The position numbers and the translations under genes were made by a program. A DNA stretch of 64,000 nucleotides, from the NCBI RefSeq assembly GCF_036321535.1, contig NC_087447.1, positions 37,016,001 through 37,080,000 of the forward strand. The letters are read 5' to 3'. Below are positions 34,907 to 47,800 of the stretch, piece after piece. Each line of letters starts with the position of its first letter. Position 1 is the first letter of the stretch. The stretch is from Camelus dromedarius. Lineage: Eukaryota. The notes under the pieces were generated by a model. That model was given only the letters and a program-made list of their open reading frames with translations. It did no database searches and was not told where the DNA came from.

Positions 34907-36109
34907 CCTTAGGAGGACTGACTAGCTGTGAGAGGAAGAGTGGGGTGGCTGAATCATCTGGAGCCAAAAGGCCGCCAGAGCCTTCTGGAGGGATCCAGCA
35001 CCCACAGACAATAGCCCATCAGGACTTCAGGGACCCCTGGGGAGCCCCCACTAGTCCTGGCCCTGCCACGGAGGTCCCCCAGGAGTCCCCACCCCAAGCC
35101 TGTGAGAGGATGACAGACTCGCAGAGGACGGAGTTTGCGCGTCTGGCCAGTCCGGCCAGGAAAACAGCTCTTCCTGGCCTGGAGACGGCAGCCTGGCCCT
35201 GCTGAGGGGGAGGCAGCGGTGGGCAGCTGGCCCTAGTCTGGCATTCCCTTGCAGCCTGGAGGAATGTGGTAGAAATGGACCCTTATTTGGGCTTGTTTTT
35301 ATCCCCTAGGAGTGTTAAAGCGACTTGCTTTTCCCAGGCTTTCCTGCTGCTCCAGGGAGAGAAGTGGGACCTTGGGGACTGTCCCAGGCCTGGTGTGGAG
35401 AGGAGGCCCATCCCCCACCTGGGGTAAGGGTGGGAAGCCAGGCTCCTGTGGCTCTGCAGGAGGCCCATGCTGCAGCTGGGGGCCTGGAGAAAAGAAAGGG
35501 GCAGGTGTTTGCCTCTGGAGCCTCCTCTTGGCACTCTGGACCCCTGAGGGGGGCTCTCTCAGGGGATGGCTGAGCTGGGAGCCCAGCTGGGTCCTTGAGG
35601 GGACCGGCTGAAGGAGGTGAAGTCAGGGTTCCTGAGTGCAGAAGGCAGGAGACACATTGGATGGAGAGGGCATGGGGCAGTGACGGCAGTGAGGAGGTCT
35701 CTCTTCCTTCCAAAGATTCCTCAGGGTCTTGAGTCTTCTCCTGCCAGGTCTGGCGACCCCAGGCCCCTGAAGTCAGAGGGTGTCACTTAAGACTGGTGTC
35801 ACTGCACCATGCTGGTGCAGGGTGGTCGGCACCTTCCATGTTCCCCTTCTTGTGACGGAGGCCAGCATCTCAGGCCTGTAAGCTTCCCTACTTAGTTCTC
35901 AAGTCACAGGCAGTTAGAGCCATCACAGAGTCCTCCCCAGTGGTTGGGGAAACTAAGGCCCATAAATAATGCGTCTTGTCCAAGGCCAGAGTGTGGGTCA
36001 ATGGTAGGTCCCAAAACGGAGCCTAGGTCTCCTGACTTAATCCGCCCTAGTATGCGACAATCTCACAGCTGCCTCTGTTCTCTCTCTTGCTTTGTCCGTC
36101 TCATGAAAC

Positions 36110-36646
36110 ACAGACTTTGTAACAAATTACTCCAAAACATAGCAGTTTGAGACAACAAATATTTATTACCATGAAGTTCCTGTGGGTCAGGAAACCTAGC
36201 ATAGCTTCATTGAGCCTTTGAAAAATCTCACGGTCTCTGACAAGGACACTATTGGGGTGACAGCCGGGGCTGCCATGTTCTCAAGGCTCGACTGGGGAGG
36301 ATCTGCTTCCAATCTCACCCATGTGGTTGTTGACAGACCTTAGAATCTTGCAGGCTGCTGGCCAGAGACCCCCGTTCCTTGCCAAGAGGCCTCCCCACAG
36401 GGGGCTCACAGTAAGGCGCCTGGCTTCCTTCAGAGGGAGAGTGGGGAGAGGCGAGTGAGGACCAGAGAGGCAGAACTAGAATCTTCTTGTAACCCAGTCT
36501 TGGGGTGCCATCCCTTCGCTTTTGCCATATTCTATTTGCTAGAAGTGAGTCACAAGGGCCAGCCCACACCCAGGGCAGGGACTCACACCGGGGCGTGAAG
36601 GCGGGAGGGGGGGACCACTGGAGGCTGTGAGCGTCTGCTCCCCACA
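36110..36646 (-). mobile_element. MaLR solo LTR (MLT1F-like)
   Basis: tgtaacaaattactccaaaac ... aggctcgactggggaggatctgcttccaa ... ttttgccatattctatttgctagaagtgagtcac. Confidence 0.85.
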
Positions 36647-37629
36647 CTTAGCGGGAGGGGAGGGTGGCCTGTGGCTTCTCCCCTCGCTTAATAGTTCATT
36701 TGCTTTCATACTCTTGGGGGAAACCCCAATAAACATGCTGCTGTAAGTGGAGCTGGGGTGGGATCCCCCTATCCCCCCCATGCCCCCAGCTCCTCAGGAG
36801 CCTCAGCCTAGGTGAGGCCCAAGTTTCTTTCCAGTTCTGCTGCTTAGGTTTTTAAACCCATCCAATGGAGGCAAAAGCATTTGGCTGTGAGTCAGAAATG
36901 TTGGGTCCTAGTCCAGGTCTCAGGGACTCCAGGCAGGTCACTCAGTTCACAGATCTTCTTACCCGTAAAAGCAGGAGCCTGGGTGGGGGATTTCTAGTGG
37001 AACATTCTCCCATATTGAAATCTCCTCCTACTCTGGGCACTGAAAGCTCCCACATTCCTGCCTTCCTTCTGCCCTTTCTGGACTCCCACACCTGGAAGAT
37101 GCCCGTGCATCAGGGAGGGGTGGCTGCATTCCTGAAGGTGTCAGGTGAAGGCGGAGGGAGATGGCAGAGAAGGAGCAGGAAGCTGGCCTGGGCCTTTATC
37201 AACTTGGTACTTACCCAGGCAGCCACCTTAACCTAACAGGGGCCCTGGGCTGCCTGGAGGTGGGAGCGGTCCAGACAGAGAAGAGTGGGAAGCTCCTGCC
37301 TGCGGAGGGTCCTAGGAAAGAAGGCAGGGCTGTCCACAATGCCCACCCCTGCCCCCCACCATCCACATCCCAGATTTGCTTCTTCCTCTCAGCCTGGCTT
37401 CCGCCTTTGCCCCGTCTTGGGTCATGACCTTACCTGCTCCATCTCCTTATCCACCCCTGCCCTCAGCCCTCCCTCTGCCTCACTGCACCCAGGCCAGCCC
37501 CATGGGCTGGAGCCAGTGTGTCCACAGGGTCAGGAGAGTTGTCTGCCTGGGGGTTGACAGGGTGGGGACCTGGGCTCCCACATCTAGGCAGGAAGGTGCT
37601 GCTGGCCTGGAGGCAGGGAGGAGGCAGTA

Positions 37630-38010
37630 AAAGCCACTGCCTGTGTCTCAAATTAATTTCTAATTCACTTTCCTTCTGAAGTGGTTTTGAGGAAGTGCGG
37701 TATCTGAAAAGGCAGCTAATGTAGGCCCTGTAAATAGTGCATCTGAGGGCTGTAATGGAGGGAGAGAAAGAGAGAGCAAAAGATGGATTAAGTGCCCACC
37801 ATGGGCTTGGGAAAAAAACCCCTTTTGATCTCTCCCCACTGCACAATGCCCTGTTACCTTGTTAGCTTGCATCAGCCAGAGAGAGGATGTTTCTTATTGT
37901 GATTGCTGCAAATTGGCACCTGTTTCCCGGAGAGTAGCTTTCTCCTGAATTAAGTAGAGCACCCGGCTCCATCCCGGGTGATAAGGACCTCCTATTAGTG
38001 GGTAATGTCA
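37630..38010. promoter_or_regulatory. Candidate enhancer (repeat-free, motif-dense)
   Basis: GAGGAAGTG, GTAAATA, GGATTA overlapping TTAAGTG, CACAATG, TGATAAG. Confidence 0.4.
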
Positions 38011-38569
38011 GCACGGAGCCGCCTCCAGTCTGCCTGCCTGCCTCAGGGACCCCTGGTTGGCCACACTCTCTGAGGTTCGCTTCACAGGCCGGGGCGTCTG
38101 GGGTTCCGTCTGCAGCGGCTCCTCTTTCCCACCCCAGATATGTGTTCGTTGATCCTGACAGATCTTTCTGAGGGCTGCTTGGGAGATACGGTGCTGACCT
38201 TTGAACTCACTATCTTCTCCCCAGACACAAGCTTCCTAGATTCTCCCTGTGTTTAATAAGTGAATTCATTCAACAGATATTTATTGAGCACCTGCTGTGT
38301 TCCAGGCACTCTGATGGGTGAACGAGACAGAGTCCTGCCTCTCAAGATTTTCAGAGTAAAGTTCCACCACCTCCCACAGGCCCATCCCAAACCCACAGTC
38401 ACCCTGGTTCAGTCCCTTCTCCTTCAGCGTCCATGTCCAGGTGATCCCCAAGTCTCCCCCCATGAGTCTCTCTCTCTGTATTGGAAGGTACCCAGGTTGA
38501 TCTATCTGCTTCTCTCCCACCCTAGACCAAGCCCCAGCATCTCTTCCTTGAACTCCAGGATTAGCCTCT

Positions 38570-38790
38570 TGTATTAATTTCCTACTTGCTGCTGTAACAA
38601 ATTACCAAAACCTTGGTGGCTTAAACCAGCACAGATTTGTTATCTTTCAGTCCTGTAGTTCAGAAGTCTGACACAGGTCTCTCTGGGCTTGTTGTCAAGT
38701 TGTCAGCAGGGACGTGTTACTTTCTGGAGGCTCGGGGGCAAATCAGTTTCCTGGCCTTTTCCAGCTACTAGAGGCGGCCTCATTCCTCAG
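38570..38790 (-). mobile_element. MaLR LTR fragment (MLT1D-like)
   Basis: tgtattaatttcctacttgctgctgtaacaaattaccaaaaccttggtggcttaaa ... cagaagtctgacacaggtctc. Confidence 0.85.
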
Positions 38791-38914
38791 TCCTGCTGGT
38801 GTGGGGAAGCTGGACAGCAGGGCCTGGCCTCCCTGTCTCTGCTGCGTCCTGCTAGCCTCCTGGCTCGGGCCTGGAACACAGGATCTCGGTGAATATTTAA
38901 TTGAATGGGTGAGT

Positions 38915-39215
38915 GATGATATTTACCATGTATTATTGCACGAGAAAAAGAGCAAGATGCAGAAGAATGTGTGTAACTTTTAAGTAAGAAAACATCCTGT
39001 ACATGGGCATGGCCATGTGTATGTTCATGCAAATAGGAAAGTTCAGGAAGGACCACGTTTATCTCAGCGATGGCCTCTGGGGAAGGGAAGGGGATGGGGG
39101 AACAGAGACAAGGGTGACTTCTCCTCCTTACTTCATTCATGTCTGATTTTAAAAAGTTGTTTTGTGTTATAAGCATGTATAACTGTTTATAAGGGAAAAA
39201 ATTAAAACTAAACCA
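38915..39215 (+). mobile_element. L1ME-type 3' UTR fragment
   Basis: gaaaaagagcaagatgcagaagaatgtgtgta ... tggcctctggggaaggga ... aagcatgtataactg. Confidence 0.6.
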
Positions 39216-39492
39216 AAAAGACTCTCTGCCAGTTGAATATTATCAAATGCCATAGAAACTGAACTATATATATATTTTAAATCATGTTTCCTAAGTGCCT
39301 CCCAGAGGAGCCCTCGTGCCTGCTCACACCCTGAGCATTGCTTACGTGGCCCTGGGACTGTGTGGCTGGCCCTGACTGGGCTCCACAGGGGCCCATGAGG
39401 GATGCGTCTCCAGTCAGATCTGGGCCCTCCGCCTCCCTCCTGTCGCGGGCGTGGTGCTTCCTCACCTGGAGAACCCAGACCGAGCCCCTGGG

Positions 39493-39494
<2 letters not shown>

Positions 39495-39535
<41 letters not shown>

Positions 39536-39542
39536 TGTGTGT
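39495..39542. repeat. (GT)n microsatellite (19 perfect units plus interrupted tail)
   Basis: direct read. Confidence 0.95.
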
Positions 39543-39849
39543 TTAGGGATGGTGGGTGAGTGGTGCTGCCAGAGTCTGGCCTCATTCTCCAGCCTCACTC
39601 CTCAGGGCCTTCCTCTCATACCGCACGTTCAGGGCCCCGAGCTGCCACCCTCTGCCATTTCTCCTTTCTAGGCCTTTGTACCTGCTGTGTTTTCCACTGG
39701 GAACGCTCTTCCCTGCTGTACTTACCTCGTCCACATGGCCTGTAATACCTGGCTCCCCTGGGGAAGTTTCCATTCAGCCCTTCTCGACTCTCCCCTTCCC
39801 CAGAGCCGAGCCAGGCCCTCCCATCCCAGGGCAGCTCCTGGAGAGTTGG

Positions 39850-40080
39850 TGTGAAATGGTTTGGGCAAAGCCTGACTCCACACTGCCTGGTTTCAAATCT
39901 CAACTCCAGCACCTCCCAGCTGTGACTTTGGGTGGGCGACTCCAACTCTGAGGCTCGGGGACCCTATCCATGACACGAGTGTTGACACCCACCTGTAAGG
40001 TGGTGGTTCCCTTTAAACTGGGTGACCTATTTGAGTGCCCTGCTCTGAGCCCAGCCCCTGGAAGGGCTCCTAACAGGTCG
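39850..40080 (+). mobile_element. MIR
   Basis: ctgcctggtttcaaatctcaactccagcacctcccagctgtgactttggg. Confidence 0.65.
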
Positions 40081-41749
40081 TCCTCAGGACCGTGCGGCAC
40101 AGTTGACATGTCAGGGCGCGCAGCGGGCCGTCTCGGAGGACCTGGAGCGCTTTTAGGAGGAAACATGTCTGGGCCGAGTTCTAAAGGACAAGGAGGTGGC
40201 TCCAGCCGGCGGGTGGGACCATGAGCATCAACCACGCGCAGCGGGAGTCCAGAGAAGTGGAGTCATGGAGGAGAGGATGAGCCCAGTGGCCCGGAGGCCC
40301 GGAGGCCCGGGCGCCAGGCCAGCCCCTGCTGGAGGGACGTGAGGACTCGCAGCCTTTGTGCTACTGCAGTCCAAGCTGTCTGGGGTTTGGCGCGAGCACA
40401 CAATGGTGCCTGAAGAGGTGGCTGCGATTTTCCCCTGGAGCTCTCAGATGACTTGAAATTGGTCTGAATCATTTTTTCCCCTCAAATTGTTCAAAACGTT
40501 CTGTTTCTGGCTGGAGCGCGTGGGTTTCCCGTTGCCTCATGGAAAGGGTCCTGGGCAGATTTGGAGGTCTTGGGGAGCCCAGTGAGTTAGGGCACCCCTA
40601 TCCACGCACCCTGCTTCTCTGCCAAGCCAGAACCCCAGGGGCTGGAGAGGAGGGTGGCCGTGGGCACTGATGGGCTGAGCTCTGAGGTCCCACTGCCCGG
40701 GCTGCGGCCAGCGCCTGCGGGCAGGTTGGGCGGCAGGCCCAGCACAGACCAGCAGGAGCTGCCGGGAGTCCAGCCAGCTGAAGCCTGATATCTGGCTCTT
40801 GGCTCCATGGGTAGCTGCCCAAGAGGGTGGGAAGGAGGCGTGGGCCTTCTAGGGCGGCCCGGCCTGGGGGCGGCTCTGCAGCTCTGTTTATGTTGGCTTC
40901 AGTGCAGCAAGAGTGAGGAGCTGCTGATAGCATCTCAGGGCCCAGCCAGCCTCCTGGGAGACAGGTCTTGTGCTTCTCCAGCATGGGTGGGCGCGCACAC
41001 ACACACACACCCTTGAAACACACACATCCATTAGCCCCTTGAAACAGACGCTTACACGCAGACATTCCAGTGCAGAAGGTGTTAAGGGAATGGGCATGTG
41101 TGAGGAGTAGGGGTCTAGGCCGAGGGAGGCAGGGAGTCTCAGGCTGTGACATCTGGGGCAGGACCAGAGATGTGGATGCTGGAAGGCGAGAGCTTTGGGA
41201 GGACAGAACCCTTTGATTATAGAAAAGTCCTTTCATTCTCCCAGCTAGTATGTACGGCCCAGAGCCCAGTGGGTCTTAGCTCAGAACTCTCCACAGCCCC
41301 AGACCAGCCAGGGCCACCTCCTTGTGCTGCACAACTGCAGCAGACCATTCACACGGAGTGCTCTGCAACTCCTGTCCCTGGAATTCAGGTGCTGTTCTCA
41401 GAGATACACTGTGAGTGCGCCCCCTCGGGCTCCGCGCTGAGGCGGCACCAAGAGCCCTTGGACGCAGAAAAGCTGCCCTGGGGAAGGGATGTTAGCACCC
41501 TCTGGGCCTACAGACGCTGGGAGTGCCGAGTCATCCTGCAGACGCAGCTCTGGAATTTGTTTTGTTGTTTCCTGCGTCAGGGACAGGGTGGGGTGGAGAG
41601 AGGTTTTCTCTGCTGATGCTGATACCAGTGTTACTTAGCTCTCCACGAGCTAACACGTCCACAGTGGCTCGAAGCAATTCCTGTCCATTCTTGAGAACGT
41701 CCTGTCCCTCCTTGGACCAAACACACAGGAGCTTCTGATTCCGGCCTGG

Positions 41750-42260
41750 CTTCTGTCTTGCAAACACAGAAACCATCTTAGGCTTACTGGGGGGAAATGG
41801 AGATTTATTAAAGGGTGTTGGGAAATCTGCAGAATCTCTGGGCCAGAGCTCCTGGCCTGGAGGCCCCCCCAGCCAGGAACAACACCCACAACCGCTTCTT
41901 GGAACTGACGGCTCTGGGAGAGCCCCATGGCCGTCGCTGCAGGGTGCTGACACTGCCGCAGCTCTGTGTCACTGCCAGCAGCGGGGACTGGATGTCCCAG
42001 AACCTTAGCTTAGCCCCGGATCTTCTAGAAGCTGGGCGCGGTGCTCCTGCACCCTGGCTGGAATGGGCTCCAGGCAGCATCTGCTTTGTTGCATCATTTC
42101 CTTTCAGTTCCAAAGTCCAAAGTGGGTGAGTCTGGTCAACAGAGTGAGGTAACAGGCTTGAGCTATGGCTGCAAGGAGGCTGGAAAAGTGGGGGGAGGGA
42201 GGAATCTGACTTCCATACAAAGAGGTGGTCTCTGACCAGGGCTCCAAGTGGAGAATTCCC
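41750..42260 (-). mobile_element. Old MaLR LTR (MLT1M/N/O-like)
   Basis: ttgcaaacacagaaacca ... atttattaaagg ... cagccaggaacaacaccca ... ggctgcaaggaggctggaaaagtg. Confidence 0.6.
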
Positions 42261-42939
42261 TAAATACACAAACGTGTTCGAAGGTGACAGATGATCACTG
42301 CAGAGGTGTGCAGAGCCCATCTCAAAAGAGCAGCATGGAGGTCTTTTTTCTGTCTTTCGCTTCTTTTTTCTCTCCTAAGAGTGAGGACAGTAAGTCCAGG
42401 ATACACAGATACCTCTGTGTTCCCTCCTTTACCCTGGAAGTTCTGTCCCAAAGGAAGAGGTTTGGTCCCAATCCTCCCAACTCTGCTTTTCTTTTTTTGA
42501 GAATTGGATGCCTCCCAGGTTTGAATGGATGCCAGGATGGCTCTCCTCTGCTTCAGACCCCATCCTGCAGCTCAGGGATGGCCACAGTGTCCATCCAGTG
42601 TGCCCTCAGACCGCTGCACTGCAGCTGGCTCCCTCCCCACGACACCGAAAACACGCACCAAGGTGAACATGCGTCTTTCCCGAGGATAACACAGTCTGCT
42701 CTCGTGTGGAGAATGGCTCTTTGCCCTGTTGGCTGGACTTTGACCCTGCCCCTGTGCAGTGCCCGGTGTCCGGGTTGGACCCTTCCCTCACTGCCTCACA
42801 TAAGAAGAGTCGGTGCCCCATCTGGGAAGGAGTAGCTCTGTGTCTGGGGGCGTGGCTTGGGGCATGTGGCGGGGGAGTGGCGTCGGAACACCTCCCTCCC
42901 ATGACCCCCAGGGATGTGGTCTTTTCCCTCAGTTAGTCC

Positions 42940-43180
42940 TTGCTCTACCCCACAAGTTAATATGTTATTTCTTAAAACAACATAATAGTTTACTTTAAAT
43001 TTCAGAATAGAAATGTCATTGTTTTTTATTATAGAAATAAGGCATGCTTTATAAAAATTCAAGCAGTACCTAAATCTACCAGTTAGAAAACAGGGAGTCT
43101 TCTTATATGGAACTTAGATAACCATTGTTAAAAGTTTTCTTTTAATCTACATATATAAATGTACTTATACACATATCTAA
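42940..43180 (-). mobile_element. L1ME-type 3' fragment
   Basis: ttttttattatagaaataaggcatgctttataaaaattcaagcagtac ... gataaccattgttaaaagttt. Confidence 0.55.
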
Positions 43181-43724
43181 GCCTGCAATGAGTGAGTGCG
43201 TGGAAAGAGATCCCCATGTAGTGTTGACTTTCTAAAGCCAGTTGACACGAGAGCCCACTTCACTTCACACCCGACTTTGGGTAAGCAGGGAAGGGCCGAC
43301 TCCAGGATGCCCAGCCTCAGGACGGGCTGGCTCACCGAGGCTGACTGGTCAGGCACACAACTGAAGCTGATTGCTGTCTTTTTAGCACAGTTATTCCTTG
43401 GATCCAATAACCAATGGGGCCAGAGATCACCCACCATGGTCACCCCTAAGGAAGGAGGTGAGGGGAGCACACTGGCTCCAAGGGGCCTGGCCATGGGACC
43501 GCCAGCGCATCTTCTCCCCTGACCAGACTGACCTGGGGATCCTGAGGAGGAAATGGCTGGGCCCTATTGGCCTGCCAGAGCCTCTGGTCCCTGGAGGCAT
43601 TTACAGCTCCAAAAGCCAACTTGGGATGTATCATGGAGCCCAGGGACAGGACAGAAGCAGAAGGGGAGTGACTGCTCATGGGTTAGTGCCTGGCTGGCTT
43701 CTCAGCTCCCCACTCAGCCATCAC

Positions 43725-43779
43725 TGAATGAACATCTGTGTAATGAATGAATGAATGAATGAATGGATGGATGGATGAA
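43725..43779. repeat. (TGAA)n(TGGA)n simple repeat, probably an L2 tail
   Basis: direct read. Confidence 0.8.
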
Positions 43780-45049
43780 CAGCATGTCCCCTTGTTGGTA
43801 TAATCTTCACTGGCTCTAATTGTACTTCTGAGTCTCAGGCAGTCTCTGTGACCTGTCCCATTTCAGCAAGTAGACCTGTCCCTAGGAAACCACAGTCCCA
43901 GCTCCATGGAGATCCGGCTTTCTGATGAGTTTGGCCCCACTGACGTCAGCCGTCCTGTCCTCTCCTGTGCAGTCCTCTGACCTGTGATTGCAAATGTGAG
44001 GAGGGACTTTCCCAGACCCACTGCCCCACATGGGACATAGCAGAGAGGGGGCCTGCTGCTGTGGAGCTGAGTGGGCAGGCCAGCCACCTAGAGATGGTGG
44101 GGCCGCTCTGCCCTGGCTGGGCCCCCCATTCATGGTTCAGAGCTGTGGTGAGGTGGGTGGAGGGGCATCTCCCGCAGTCTGGGGGTCTGAGGTGGGTCCC
44201 CAAGGTTTCCCATCGTTAGGGGAAACAGGGCTCATTCCTCTCCCTGCCCCCCTTCCCTTCCATCTCACTCCCCCTCTCACGGTTCCCAGAAGTAGGACCC
44301 AGGCCGCCAGCTGCAGCCTGTCCAGGTTCCCTATCGGATTATGAAGCTTAACATTTTTGTGAAGGAAGAAGAAAGCCTTCTCTCTGGGAAGCGATAAGAA
44401 CATTCCATACTCCTCTGGCTCCAGGGAGCCTGGGAAACAATCACCAAAGGGAGAGACTCCCCAGGGACAGGCTCCCGGGCAAGGGCAGGGCCGCCCTCTG
44501 CCGGCTCCCCGTTCCCTTCCTCTCCAGTGCCCAGCCTTCTTAGGGGCCCTGGTCTTGCCTGGGGTCAGCAGAGGGGACCCTGGGACAGTGGGCCTGGGGA
44601 GGAGGACAGGCCTGAGGCCCCAGGAGCCAGGCCTCCTCAATGGTGGGCTTCTGCCCAGCCTGGAGCTGCTGCTGGGATCCTTGTCCAGCTCTCTTGAGGG
44701 CAGGTTGTACACTCCAGGAGGCAGGGGGCTTCCACCCAGAAGAGCACCAGAAGAGAAAACATGGTGGGGGTTAGTTAGCAGTGGGTGGGTGGGGTCCACC
44801 TGGGGATAACCTAGAGCCTGTGATGTGTGAGGTAAGAAGCTGTGCCAGTCCCTTGATGGGTGGGGGCCTGAGAAAGACACCATGGTTGGCATGGTAATAA
44901 GAACACTGGCCATTCAATGCTCCTTCTGCCCACTACTGCCTCCCTCTGTCCTTCCCTCTCCCTTTCAAGGACAATGTTCACTAAAGCCCACTAGGTGCCA
45001 GGCGCTGTATGAGAGAAAAGTCTGGGCTGTACCTCCTCTTCGTTGCTCG

Positions 45050-45370
45050 ATCAAGGAGGACAACATTGTGCATCAGGGCCTTTGCATATCTCTTCCTCCG
45101 CTTTTCTTCCTTCATAATCCACACCCTTTCACTCCCAGAAGTCTTTTAACATTGCCCTCCCTTGTCTCCTCTGAAATGGCAACCCATCCTTGCCAACAAG
45201 AATTCCTATGCCCCTTCTCTCAGCATTCACTACCCTCTAATGTGTTACAGATTTTACTTACTGATTACACTTCTTGTCAATCTGTTCCCACTAAAATGGA
45301 AGTTCTCAGAAGGCAGGAATTATTCACTCCCTTGCTTCGGGGACTAGAAGAATGCCTGGGACACAGCAGG
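45050..45370 (+). mobile_element. LINE L2 fragment
   Basis: cagggcctttgcata ... ccactaaaatggaagttctcagaaggcagg ... agaatgcctgggacacagcagg. Confidence 0.7.
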
Positions 45371-46329
45371 CCGTATGGCTCAGGGACCTGGCAGGAGCCA
45401 AGTGGTGTCCTGCTCCAAATGTCAGGGGGAAGGGGAATAAGTGGAACGTGGGATGTGAAGAGAATGTAATGAAGGGACAATTTATAAACCGTGTGCATGG
45501 TTAACGGGAGCCAACGAAGGTGTGAAGCACCATTGGGCTGGTGACAGTCGGGTGCTCACCAGCCCTAGGTGGGACAGAGAGATTTCCAGGATGCTGTTGG
45601 ACAAAGCAGGGCCCTGGCCAAAGTGCCACCCAACTGGGCAGCGGTCTCCCTCTGGTCCTGCCCTTTGGTCTCTGGAAGCCACAGGACAAGGGCGCCTGGA
45701 TAATGCAGCCCAGGTCAGGCCCCTGGGACCTGAGGTGGGGTAGAGCCTGGGTCTAGAGGAGCACCTGAGAAGATCCCACACAGTAAATATCTGTGGGATA
45801 AAAAAATGATTGCCCTTAAGAAACCCATGTATCTATGGAGAAGATGCTCATTCTTTCAATCATTCCCCTCACTCATGGATTTCTTCATTCATTGATTTAA
45901 GGCAGAGTTGTTGAGCATGAGGTAGATGTTAGGACACAGCAGAGACCAGGGAAGAGACAGTCCCTCCCTGAACCTGCCCCTAGAAGGGGCTTGCTGGAAA
46001 GAGGGACACTGAGGGCAGGTAACAGGACCTGGAAATGCTGGTGCCTCGCACACCTGGCCCACCTGTTCACAGCTCACAGTGTGCACACATGGGCGGGGGT
46101 GCCTTGGGCCCAGTGCAGGGTGGGGCAGGTGAGAAATCCATGGGTTCCTCAGGGGACCTGTTGAGTCAAGTCAAATTGGGTGGAGGCACTGGGTGTGGGG
46201 AGACATCATTTGTCATTTGTTTTTCTAAACCCTGGAGATTTGAAGCTTGGGGAGGAGGAGGTCACGGAGAAGGGCGGCCTGCAAGCCCTTTAATCCTGCC
46301 ATCACTCATGCCAGGGAGCGCTCCCTGAA

Positions 46330-46500
46330 CCGGGGCTCCAGCACTTGACCTCACTTAATCTCTGCGACTGGCAGCCCTGTGAGGTTATTTTACTGCCCGT
46401 TTGACTGTTGAGGGAACTGACGTGCAGGGAGGTTAAGTAACTCACCCCGGGTTCCACAGCTAGCTGGCCTTTGAACCCCAGCCATTTGCATCTGGAGACT
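46330..46500 (-). mobile_element. MIR
   Basis: tcacttaatc ... cagccctgtgaggtt ... gagggaactgacgtgcagggaggttaagtaact. Confidence 0.75.
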
Positions 46501-46989
46501 ACATGGCCATCCTTTATTCAGGGACCTTTGATGGCAGATCTATAATGGGGGAGGGTGGCAGTCCTCTGAAGATCTGGGGAGACGCGTGGTGATTCTCCTG
46601 CCTACCTGGGGAAGGACCCTTGGCAGGAGGAGTCCGAGAAGAAGGGGACTTGTCAGAGACCAGAGTGGACTCCAGGCTGGGTGATCCTCCCGCCAGGTGA
46701 GGCAGAGCTGACGGGGTATCCCGGGCTCTGGAAGCCAGCCCTCGCCTTCATCCCCTACCTCTCATCCCTGTCCTGTAGCGGCTCCTCTGTGGCTACCCAG
46801 CCTCCTGGCTCACCCTGGCCCTATTCATTCTCCACACGGTGTGTTTCTAGAACTCAGACATTCTCGTGGCATGTCTGCTGCCCCATCTTTCAGTGGCTCC
46901 TTTTGGTGCCGGGATGAAAAACCAGCCTTTCTCCCCGGAAGGCTCTGTGCGGGCTTCCCTGTCTGCCTCACTGGCCTGGTTTCTGGCCA

Positions 46990-47800
46990 TTTCCTCCCTG
47001 ACTGCTCCACTCCAGCTTCTGGCCTTCTTGATGGTTCTAGAACACACCATGTCATTCCAGCCTGGGGACCATTCTACTTACTGTGTCCCGTGCAGGGGAT
47101 ACTGCTCCCCCAGAACTTCAAACACCTCGTTCCTTCAGGCACTGCAATTCAAAAGTCACCTCGTGAGGCCTTTCCTGATGACACCAGCTAAATTGGTGCC
47201 CCCTCCCCTGACTCAGTCCCTCTTCATCCCCTTGTCTGGGGGAAGTATTTATTCCCTTTCCAGTATTTCTCACTATCTGAAATTATCTTTTTTAAAAAAT
47301 GTATATTTATTTCGTATCTATCTTCCCCCATTAGAATAAAAGCCTCATGAGAGGAGGAAATTTGTATTTTGATGAATGCTGTGTCCTCAATGCCTAGAAC
47401 AGCGTCTGGCACATAGTGTATGCTAGGTAAGTAATTCTTGAATCAGAACTTGCTCTGTGGTTTCTCATCACGGAGCCTTCAGACATGCTGACCCCTCTGC
47501 CATCTTCTTCACTCAGTTTAACTCCAGTGACCTTTAGTTCTGAGCTCAAAGACCACTTCTTTGTGGAGAGTTCTCTGCCTCCCCTGCCCCAGGAGCCCAC
47601 GTCCCTGCACCCTGCACGTCTACCCTCCCAGAGCCCTGGGCTTCTCACCCCTGCCCTTGTTAGGTCAACGTCTGTCTCTCTGCTACAGAGTCAAGTCCAC
47701 GAGGGTAGAGGCTGTGCTATCTTATTTACGTCTATACCTCCGGTGCTTAGCTCAGAGCCTGGAGCACGACAGATGCTCCAAGGTTATGTGTTAAATCATT
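46990..47800 (+). mobile_element. Two tandem LINE L2 3' fragments
   Basis: gtcacctcgtgaggcctttcctga ... aatgcctagaacagcgtctggcacatagt; second piece ends gcttagctcagagcctggagcacgacagatgctcc. Confidence 0.75.

Noticed and set aside
40598..41236. 212-aa ORF (minus strand)
   Set aside because: Crosses (CA)n-like low-complexity sequence; no recognisable family.
44137..44913. Longest ORF (258 aa, minus strand)
   Set aside because: Pro/Gly/Ser-rich composition expected from GC-rich DNA; no recognisable domain or exon structure.
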